Origin: Yuukianura sp. NJ FZ-2021
Lineage: Eukaryota
Reading direction: 5' to 3'
DNA length: 64,000 nucleotides
NCBI GenBank assembly: GCA_046563655.1
Contig: CM102290.1
Location: 5,518,001-5,582,000 of the forward strand
Made by a program: the position numbers and the translations under genes. Every line of letters starts with the position of its first letter. The stretch's first letter is position 1. The notes beneath the pieces are model-generated. The model searched no databases. It saw only the letters and a list, made by a program, of their open reading frames with translations, and was not told where the DNA came from. Positions 52,301 through 64,000 of this stretch are shown one piece after another.

Positions 52301-53517
52301 TTTCTTGATAGAACTGGATTTGCTAATTAAGCAAACAAAAAACATGTTGACAAGTTGCTGCGATGTAGCTATAATAGCATAGCATTCCATACAAAAATAT
52401 ACATTTAATACGTTATAATGTATTGTATTAATTTATAAAATTTCAAACACTAAAAGAAGAAACTCCAGAGAAAAAACGAAAAAAGTGAAAACTCTAAAAC
52501 CCTCCTTAGAGCCATTTTTCAAAAAAGTTTATGACTTGTCACACTTTTCAACAAAAAATTTGTGTGAAGTTATGAACTTGTAGCTTTTTTTTTTCAAAAA
52601 AAGAATCTTTTGTCATTGTCACTCGGAATGACTCAAATATGGTCAGACGAAAACAACAGACACCAAAAACGGAAACTTTTACGTGGGTTGTGATTAGTAA
52701 AGGGCAAGCAATGTCACTTTTTTGAGTAACTGAATTAATTGTCTTAAGAGGTTGCGTCATCTTCATTCCAAAAAAAATTGTTTTTGCAAAGTACGCAGAA
52801 ATCAGAATGAAAAATGAGTTTTAGTGGCAAAATTACGGGGATGGAGGTTCTAAATCTCCGAAGTCGTGAACCGTGACAAACGAGAGTTAATTGCAAGGTT
52901 CGTAAACAAGAAAATAGTTTTTTCTTTAACAGGTTAGGCAAGAAGTCGTTTTTGTTTCTCCCAAAAAAAAAGTTTGGGCAGAGATTTTCTGAAAGTGGGA
53001 CTTATTGCCTAACCTGTCAATTCTATTTTGTTGCTATAGGAACCTTGAGTTAATTGGGCCGAAAGATACGCAGAAGAAGAGGAACAGACATGTGCAGATG
53101 TAATTAGTTTATATATAATTATTTTTATAATTATATATAATTATAATTACTTTATATATAATTAAATATGATATAGAATTGTACCTTTGGTATGAGAGGA
53201 TGAGTTGTGGTGACCCGCTGAAGTTGGACCAATTGCATGTTGCCATGGCACACCCCTGGATTTGCCACGATTCGCCCGCACTGTAGTACTTGTCTGCATT
53301 GGCCACGTAGCACTCACTAGGATGACCTAGGAGGTCAAACAGCATTTTATAATAATATATTATAAAATATTATTTAAAATATATTATAATATGTTTTAAA
53401 TATTTAAATGAATTAGTTGTACTTACTTTGGTGAACAGTGGCTGGTGCGAAGGCCGTAGCGGTGAGTGTGCTTGTGATGGAACAAAATCCGACGAGCAGG
53501 AAAACGTAAATTTCCAT
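49336..53517 (-). CDS. Secreted single-domain von Willebrand factor type C (SVWC, Vago-like) protein with acidic C-terminal extension, 3 exons
   Basis: Exon 1 53427-53517 gives signal-like MEIYVFLLVGFCSITSTLTA. Exon 2 ~53184-53326 gives HPSECY..GESWQIQGCAMATC. Exon 3 49336-~49786 gives SCGVV..PPCY..EDLTLPYPACCPEPVC. Eight Cys in SVWC spacing and splice phases match. Confidence 0.85.
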
Positions 53518-53701
53518 TTTTTTTCGGATGGAATGAAAAGACAGGAGTTTCGAAATTCAAAAAATATCCAAAATTTCAAAGTTTCAAAACTTTTCGTTTT
53601 TCTTTTTTGGAAAAGTTGTTGAGTGAGAAGATGTTGTTTTTGTGGATGCGTGTTGATTGAAGTGGTAAGAGGTTGTGAGTGTTGTAAGACGCCGTGTGAG
53701 C

Positions 53702-53965
53702 TTTATATGCATTTTTGGACTGAGGATTCCCCTGACGTGGGTTCCGAGTAGAAGTGTTTCCATAGTCAACCGGTCCACCCGCCCCACCCTGAGGTGGGTC
53801 CACACTCAAGTGGGGGCGGGGGCACGAAAAAACGTGCATGGTGCTTCAAACTACCGAACCGGATTGGCCTCCGCTCACTTAACAACATACACAATTGACC
53901 AAAATAAAAGCTGACCTCTGACGCACTCAGACAGCGAGACAGGATTTCCAAGTCCAGGATTTTCC
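53702..53965 (-). promoter_or_regulatory. SVWC promoter: TATA box plus kappaB-like sites
   Basis: TATAAAG at ~53701-53707 (minus), GGGGAATCCT at 53723-53732 (minus), further GGAAATCCT and GGAAAATCCT at ~53941-53965. Confidence 0.5.
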
Positions 53966-56541
53966 AAATTTTGGATTTTGCAACTTTTTGAGCTTTTCAA
54001 AAGTTGATCAATTAGTTGGTCAAAGTTAATGAGTGGCTTTCAAAATTTGACCGATGAAATTTTTTTTTCAAAATTGACCCATGTTTTTGAAAGGTCAATT
54101 AATCTCTGGGTCAAGGTCACGCAGCTTGAAAGTAGTCGAAAGCTAGTTTTTGTGAAAGATAAGGTTAATATTTCCGTATTTTGTGTAAACTTCAATAATG
54201 TATTAATTTGCAATAAAAATTTTGCACAAAAATAAAATTTGGGCACACCATAGGTATTGTGCGTCACTTAATTTATGTTTTCCAAAACCCATTTCCGCAT
54301 AAATCGGCACTCTTGCAAATTTTGCAAATGTTGACTTTGCAAATTTTGCATGTTTGTTTGCGAATTTGGGAGAATTGGGAATTTGTTGTGCTGGCCATAC
54401 AGAAAGGAAGGTCGTAGACAAATAAACAACAGAAATTGACACCACAAATCACAGTTGCAAATTTTAACACGAAAGTTGCAAATTGTTTGGCGTAAATAAA
54501 ATGTTGCTTGAGTGGATTTGGATGGAGCCGGTATGAGAATTGTCCTTTTTTTGCGAATTGCTGCCAATTTCAATTTCAAAGAAAAACAGGAACTTTGGAA
54601 GAGGAAGAAAATTCGCGAGAAAAGTGTCAAGCAGTGCCATGGCGCCAAGAAACTTGTGCCAAAATGTCCAGAGAGTCTCAGAATGCGGATCTCGTTCCAA
54701 CTAGTTTTAGCAAATTTTTGCACAAATGCAAATTTCCTTGCAAATATCAAAATTTGTAAATATCCAACTCCTCGGTTCACTTTTTTTTTGGAATGTTGAG
54801 TGGGAGTGTCCAGTTTGCGCAAATCCTGGAACATGTTGACATGCGCACAGTTCCACCGAATTCAAAATCCAATTATATTTTGTGTTTGAATTGACTCAAG
54901 AGTGTAAAACCAGATTGAGAGTTCATTACGTATGCATTACATGATCTCCATATAGTCATGGATTTTTGAAAAAAAAACGACTTTCTAACATTTTAGCTTA
55001 ACCTTTGAGAGAAGCAAAAAACCTTGTTTCCAAAAACTGTGTTTATTGTAGCGTTGGCACATTTTTTTTTTGCAAACTAGAATTTTTTGCAAAATTTCAG
55101 CAATACCGGCTTCACCCTTATTCTTATTTCAATTGACGCAAATCGTGTGTTAATTAACTTCAAAATAGAAACTACGTTGACCACACAGTTTTTCCAGCCA
55201 ATTAATCCTCAGAACCAGGAGACACTCCAGGATAAGTTGTTTTTTTTCGAAATTTTTTTTATTAAAGTTGAAAGTTTTTGAAATACTTGTCAACAATCTT
55301 ACACACAATTACTTTTCAAAAACATCCACAAAAAAAACTTAAGTTTTTGATAAGCTAAAAACTTTTGCCAAAGCTCAAAAAAGTTGATCTTTGGTTCAAC
55401 ATATGACCTGACCTCCCTGAAGAGGTCATTGACCTTGAACCAAAACCTTGATAAAGTATTAAAAAGTACTAAATATTAGTTAACTCATGTTAATTAGTAT
55501 GTTAATTACGAGGTGTCTTTTCTTTGAGTTATTGTCCAGCTGAAGTTGGTTGGTCATGCTGACAGGGTGGAATCTAGCATAGTCACGACGTCGAGATCCA
55601 GAAGAGTCACGACCTCAACCCCCCCCCCTCTACTTCAACCCCCCCCCCCCCCCAAATTCAAACAGTTTACTTACCATGACTAAGTTGGATAAATACAGTA
55701 TGGGTGTTAAGTCATAGGTTGTACACTATGTTCCAACACTTTAATGCAGTGGAGTTGTTTGTAAAAGTGTCCAGTGGAGAGGATGATTTGATGAATAATG
55801 GATGTGTTTGGCGCATGAGCAGAGTCACGTTGTTGCTAAGGATGCTGTGGAGTCATGCCCTACACGAATCCATTGTTGGCCACTCCACTGTTCCTGGAAG
55901 GCGCATGACTCAGCTGTTTTCTGTGTTAAAGTGAGAAGTGACGTCATGCGTTAATTAGTTTCAAGTTAATTAAGTCATCACACTTGACGGAATGTCCGAA
56001 CTTGACCCGGAGCCGGACGTGAGAAAATTCTCAACACGAGGAAGTGGAAATTCCATCCGGGGGCATTGGACTCCAAATTTTTTTTCTCAAAAAAATGCTT
56101 GGCTTCCTGAATACAACTTTCTTTTCAAAAATAAGACAAAAAATAAAAATCAAAATAAATAAAAATTTTGACAAAAAAAAATGCTAAAAGGCCATTTTCC
56201 TTACTTTTTCGAAAGTCGGCTAAAATTCTAAACTTTTAGTACGGTGATGGTGCTAACGAAGGTAGAAATGTTTAAAGTTGAAATCTTGAGATGATGAAAG
56301 TTAAAACGGTTGAAATGTTGAAAGTATAAAGTAGAAATGTTGAAAGTTGAAATGCCATTTGTGTATTTTGTTCGTATTAAGTTGCTTTTACTTCGACAAG
56401 TGAAAAAGGAGGTTTGTTCCTGCCTTTAGATTAAACGTTAGTCCGATTGATGGTTATAATTTTGGTGTGACAAGGAGTGCTTAGGCTATTCGGATAAATA
56501 CAAGTACTAGTTAATGTCGCCAACTTCCGTCGCTTTGGATT

Positions 56542-58770
<2,229 letters not shown>

Positions 58771-59420
58771 TTACCTTAATCCTGCCTATGGTCCGGTTGA
58801 GTTGATATGGTTAGTTCTGGACATGTACCAGTTGTTGGAAGCAGTTCCTGGAGTCACTGACTCGACTTTGAAGCAACGGTGAGTCGGTGTGTTAAAATGG
58901 CAGTGGAAGGGATACGGATTGATACGAATCTGTTAAATTTGCAGACCCTCAGCTGACTCCCTAATCTTTCAAGTAGTGAATTGGCACGATCTCTGTTTAT
59001 TACGCAAACCAAAAACACGAACCTCCAATGTATTGATTAGCCAAAAGAGACGTCGGCAATTTCCATAACACTCTCTCTGTGTCTGCTCCCAATGTATCCT
59101 TTACGTCAGTCACCACAAATCCTCACTTCGGGTGCGGCAGGCCTTTATTCAGCTGTAATTTTTACAAAAACAACCCCGCATAGATGCTTGTTATTATTAG
59201 TAATAAGTACTTGTGTTTGTTATTAGTTAAGAATTGCATCTTCAATTACGGCTTAATTAATTGTTTACAATTTATTTTGGCGCAATTTATAATCAACTTT
59301 AAGTTATACTATTACTAGTAAAAGTTGTACTATTATTTTGTACTAATTCCGATCTCTAACTAAAAAAGGGCTTTTAATTAATTATAACCCTTACCAGGAC
59401 GATTTTTTGATTTTTTCTTT

Positions 59421-59680
59421 TAACTAGAGTGGACATTAGGCAGTTTTTCAACAAAGTTTTTGAAGCAAATTAAAAGAGGTAAAAAACCGCTTTCACCTCA
59501 AGTTTAAGCACGGTTCTCACGACGAATTCCAATTTTTGAGGACTTATAATCTGCTATAAAATAAAATCTTGTGTGAACCAGGCTTAACTTTTATGAAATT
59601 GAGTAAGTTGTCAGGAAAAACGTCACAAAACATTTGCTTCAAAAATTTTGTTTAAAATGGTCCTAATGTCGCATCTAGTC
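59421..59680. mobile_element. Foldback/MITE-like imperfect palindrome
   Basis: 59422-59470 is the inverse of 59632-59680 (ACTAGA..GACATTAGG...TTTTTGAAGCAAAT). An inner pair at 59500-59525 and 59567-59590 is also inverted. Confidence 0.65.
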
Positions 59681-59746
59681 AGCTAGCGGCAAAAGTGCCC
59701 TAACGACCAAAACCGATTTTTGAAAAGTAAACAACGAAAAAAAACG

Positions 59747-62007
59747 TGACGTCATTCCGAGAGTAGTAGAGGGGGCGTGGCTAGGAAATCCAATTAAGTT
59801 CCATTGTATTCCTCACGTTTAGACCGATTAATTGCTGCTATTTAAGTTAATCGTTTCAATTTAGTTAATTGAGTTAGTAGTATAAGTTCAGTTGTCAGTA
59901 CAGTGCGAGAGATTTCGCTTTGGGGAGTTATCTTGGCCCATTATGCCGAACTACAGCGCATTCCCAACGTGTACGAACAATTCTGAAGCATGTGCTGGAT
60001 CTGGAATTGTGTTTCACGAGTTTCCAAAGATGAAGATGGTTCGTAGTCGATGGATTGACAAGTGCCATAGACGTCCAGACAAATACTTTCGACCAGTGAG
60101 TCACAGAGTGTGTTCAGCACACTTTGCCGAAGACGATTACGAACGGGATTTGAAATATCGTCTGTTCCAGAATTAACTACGACGCTCTTTCATTTCGTGT
60201 GGATAAGAGTGGAGACGCTTCGGATGGAATTTGAGCGGGAGAGGAAGTCATGGGGGGAAAATTTTGGCGGTCGGTTGAACTTGACAAGTCATTCATTCTT
60301 GTTACTTGGATTTCAGTTTTAATTGGGATTAGTTTTGATTGTTTTAAAGTTAATTACTGTTAATTATGGTTAGACTTAATACTGAAGCAAGAGTATTTGT
60401 GGTTGAATCGTTCATTGAGTATCGTGCTAAGGTGAAAACCAAAAATGAGGCTCCAGGATAGTGGAGGCAGCTTTTTCTAATAAGTTTGGACATGAAGTGA
60501 GTATTTCTGGAATCCTGCATTTAATTGAAAAGTTTAAGGTCACCGGGTCAGTTCATGATAAGCCAAGAAGTGGCAGACGTGTCACCGCTACCTCTCCTCA
60601 GAACGCTGAAGCATTGAAGAAATCATGCGAAAATAATCCATTGCTAAGCGTAAGGAAATTGTGTGCAATGCACAACATGTCAATTGGATCGGTTTCAAGA
60701 ATTTTTAAACGGGAAAAAATCAAGAGTTATCGAGTTTTAGCATGGGCTGGAATTCTCGGGAAAGAAATAATCGTTAACCTATTTCCAAAAAACAAAAACA
60801 TCAATGGAAACGATTATTTGGGATTGCTTTACCACAATGTGATTTACCACGAATTTTCCTCCATGGTGTACGTCTCGTCCTCTTCGCCCCGCCTACTTTA
60901 CTTTCACCTTTCACTTGAAGCGTCGTAGTTAATTTTGGAACACTCGATACGAATTGCTGGGGCTTCCACTCCGGAAGAAGCTGAAGCGTGACGCTGTCCC
61001 CCAGTCAAATCCAACTACCAACACTACGAATGAACGAGACGCACGAATGAAACGGAAGGAGCATGCGCAAATCATAAAAACATTGCTGAAGAAGAAATCC
61101 ATACAAGTACGTTACAGATACAATTAGGCACTGCATTCCTTTTCCAGTGTTCTTTTACTAATTAGATTTTGAGAGTTCAATCGGTTTGGATTTTCTAGAA
61201 CAACAAACAAGTGAATCTCCTACGCCAGAAGAAATGGAAGTCGAGTCACCAGCCGCTTTTGTGGAATTCCGGGTATTCTGTGCGCATGCGTGTACGCAAA
61301 CCAAGACTCCGGACAATGGTGAATTCTGACAACGAAATTAAAATGATATGAGATTTTTTGGTTCTTTTATATATATATTTTTCAATCTCTAGAACTCAAA
61401 ATCCATAAGCTTGAGCAGAGTTTACTCAATTTGAAACGTAAATTGCTGATGAAGACGTTTACTATCAATCGAATGATACCTAGCGTGGAAGTTGAAGAGA
61501 CAAGGAATCGGAACTTTTGGCATTCCTTCTTCAACATTTGCACTTCCAGATTCTGAAACTAGCTGGATTATGCATCTTTCAAGAGGAGGACTCCGGATTC
61601 CGAATGATTACATTACGAATGTGGTTCTGAAATGTGAGAATGTGTTCCTAAAGGTAATGTCGGATGGCATTATGCTCCCGAATGTCACCAAGAACTGCGT
61701 GGACGCAGTGCTTCAAGATTTCCAGATTTTGAGAAAAGAATCGTTGAGCTATTCGTGCATTCCCGGGTTCGGATTCGTCTGAAGGAGCTCAACATCAGCG
61801 CTAAGAGCAAATATAGTTTTAAGAAAGCTAACCACTTCCTCAGAGCAGCACCAAAACAGCAATAGCCTAATTATATTTAACATTTCTGTGTATAAAATAA
61901 AATTATTTTCAAAGATTAGGCGATTTGAGCAATTAGTTGAGAATTTTAAAATAAGAAGCCAATCGGAATAGTGTTAATAAGCCACGCCTACTCTCGGGAT
62001 GACGTCA
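59747..62007 (+). mobile_element. Defective P-element/THAP9-family DNA transposon (THAP N-terminus + C-terminal domain, catalytic core deleted)
   Basis: ATG at 59943: THAP motif (C..FHEFP..W..C.R..VCSAHF) continuing to LKRDAVP after the insertion. C-terminal YLAWKLK..WIMHLSRGGLRIP..RIRLKELN. Inverted subterminal motifs TGACGTCAT.CCGAGAGTAG..GGCGTGGCT at 59747-59781 and 61980-62007. True ends not resolved. Confidence 0.75.
60158..60947 (+). mobile_element. Internally deleted Tc1/mariner-superfamily element nested in the THAP domain
   Basis: TA duplication at 60156-57 and 60948-49. ~29-bp TIRs TCG..TGTTCCA.AATTAACTACGACGCT. Frameshifted transposase HTH (KFKVTGSVHDKPRSGR..NPLLSVRKL) jumps directly to VLAWAGI..NGNDY. 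Confidence 0.9.
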
Positions 62008-62800
62008 TCTTTTAAATTTTTTTAAATTTTTGACGTGGCAACCACGTTTTGAAAAAACAATTCTAAACAACCGTACCTTATAGTATTCTATTTACCTTGG
62101 CATCTAGTTAATAATTTTTTTTTAAATCTTTGTTTATAACAGATGCTCACATCGCAACAAAATTCGTTTTTTTTTAAATTTGAAAAAAAAAATCCCAATT
62201 TTAAGAGATAGAATTCTTAACTCTTTTTGTTTTACTTGTTTCGCTTTTAAAAGCGGTTGTTAATCACGAATATCAAGAAATGTTTACCAATTAAAAAGTT
62301 ATACATAAAATTAGAATGTTTTCCAGTACATAATGACTTTTTGTAGGACATACGGAAACTAGTAATCACTGATTGAGTGAGATTTACAAAATACTTACTT
62401 TTTACTTACCTGCTTACAAATATTTAGTTTGCGAATCAAAAACTTTAAATTACTTAATTGTTATTATTTAATTTAAATTATATATTATATAAATAATATT
62501 AATATAATAACATAATAATAAATAACAGTATTATTTGTTGTGTTGGTGCGGAAATGGGAGTGTGGCGCACCCATAATGATCATTTGTGCTTAAAAGAGGG
62601 ATGGCGTCTCTTCTTGTGTGAAAACGTAAGGACAAAGGAGGGAAAAGGGAGAAAATGACGCTGCGAGAACAAAGGAGTCTTTGTTCCAGTCTCCCTCCGA
62701 CTCCACTCACCACGCTCTCTTCTAATTAGTGACTCCATCGATTAATTAACACATTCAACTTAATCAGTGCTTACTCATCTTACTTCCTTCGTCTTCAGCC

Positions 62801-63169
62801 ATGTTCTCGTCACTTCTGGACGGACAGTTACTGCGTCTCCTCGTCCCGGTCATCGTCATCTACCTGAGCCAGAAAACCTTGGCCAATTGCGCCTCTTGTG
62901 GTAAGTCCTTTGTTCATGTTAGTTAATTAAGTTTGAATTTGGCTGTGGTCTAACGTTGTGGACGTTCAGGAATGGCGTCGAGAGTTCGAGCATGTCCATC
63001 GAATCCGCCAGGGTTGGAAGTGGTGACAGGAATAGCAGGTCACTGCCCCGTAGGGGAGTCCGTTATCGGAGACTGTGTTTCTGATGAAGACTGCTTCCTC
63101 AGACGGAGGGGAAACGTTTGTTGCTATAATCGATGTCGGGGACTCACGGAGTGTCACCAATTCCCTTGA
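62801..63169 (+). CDS. Small secreted WAP (four-disulfide core) peptide, waprin/crustin-like, 2 exons
   Basis: Exon 1 62801-62900 gives hydrophobic leader LLRLLVPVIVIYLSQKTLA then NCASC. Exon 2 62970-63169 gives CP...CP..DCVSDEDC..CCYNRC...C (8 Cys). Phase-1 GT-AG intron. Confidence 0.75.
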
Positions 63170-63599
63170 TTCAATTAAACGTTCATTAAACGTTTGAGGC
63201 TTCTGACTCTCTTTATTTCAATGTCGTACGAAGGATGGTGATTTACGTACAGTGTATACTTATTTTGCCACTAGGTTATCAGTTTAACGTTGGGCTAACC
63301 AAGTTATAGTGACAACACAAAGTTATAAAACGTTATAAAAACGTCATAAAACGTAGAGCATCTCCTTCAACGTTAACACTGTATGCGTAATTGTCCGATT
63401 ACCTTGTTTTTATTTACCAGGCCGTTGATTAGTTCGTCTGTCACTAATTATGTAATTATTTTTGTATAATTTTAGTTGAATGAAGTGGAATCATAACAGA
63501 ACGGAATACGGACGACAGTTGAGTGAAAGTGAGACGAGAACCAATCCCAGTGCATCAAGTACTAGTCAATTGATTTTATTTGTAAGTGTCAACTAACTA

Positions 63600-63977
63600 C
63601 TACGCATAGCCCAGTCCTCGGTGGACGGTCGTTCCTGCGTCAAGTGGCTGCGGTCCTACACACTGATTCCCTTTGCAAAAGTCAAAGCAGCAGATCGCTT
63701 TGTCCGGGCAGTCGGCGTCTGTTCTGCACGCATGCGTCGGAGCTCCTGGACACAACTTGTTGTCATCCAGCTTCATCACGGTCGGCGGACACTGGCCAGA
63801 GTCTTTGGCTACAAACAAAAGGAATGTCAACTGAGTTGAAAAGTAAAGTGCAGACAAGAGACAACTTACTGCGCAAGTCACAGGACTTTCTGAAGCACTT
63901 GGCCGCTCTGTTTGGACGTGGACAGACGCAGAGAAGACAATCCTGGTAGATCATGAGACTGTCTGCCGTACACATGA
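63600..63977 (-). CDS. 3' end of a Cys-rich protease-inhibitor-like gene: pacifastin-like exon + WAP exon (5' end outside window)
   Basis: Exon 63870-63977 (xMCTADSLMIYQDCLLCVCPRPNRAAKCFRKSCDLR) splices in frame to 63600-63808 (KDSGQCPP..CP..ACRTDADCPDKAICCFDFCKGNQCVGP..*). Confidence 0.75.
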
Positions 63978-64000
63978 CTGCAACAAGAGGTCAACCAAGG

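Noticed and set aside
54203..54834. 188-aa ORF and overlapping ORFs in several frames
   Set aside because: TTTGCAAA-rich repetitive DNA that is stop-poor by composition, with no protein-like signal.

Overview
Eukaryotic, intron-dense DNA, most likely an arthropod (60-100 nt introns, (TTAGG)n-type repeats, insect-like Mp20/Mlp84B/scalloped orthologues). The supplied ORF track is mostly exon fragments or noise, so genes were rebuilt by hand from splice sites. After a ~10 kb stretch with no recognisable coding sequence, the order is: DMC1 (+), XPC/Rad4 (+), five-LIM Mlp84B-like (-), Mp20 (-), scalloped/TEAD (-), YIPF6 (+, missed by the ORF track), SLC36 amino-acid transporter (+), secreted single-VWC (Vago-like) protein with an acidic tail (-), tricornered/NDR kinase (-), a dead THAP/P-family transposon split by a Tc1/mariner element, a small WAP peptide gene (+) and, convergent with it, a gene running off the window whose exons encode a pacifastin-like module fused to a WAP domain (-). 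Also present: three minisatellites (59, 131, 177 bp), several MITEs and a tRNA-derived SINE family. Best leads: the pacifastin-WAP fusion, the kappaB-flanked SVWC gene, a 12-nt miR-1 site downstream of SLC36, a telomere-repeat MITE family, and GC-AG introns. All calls were made by eye, with no database search.
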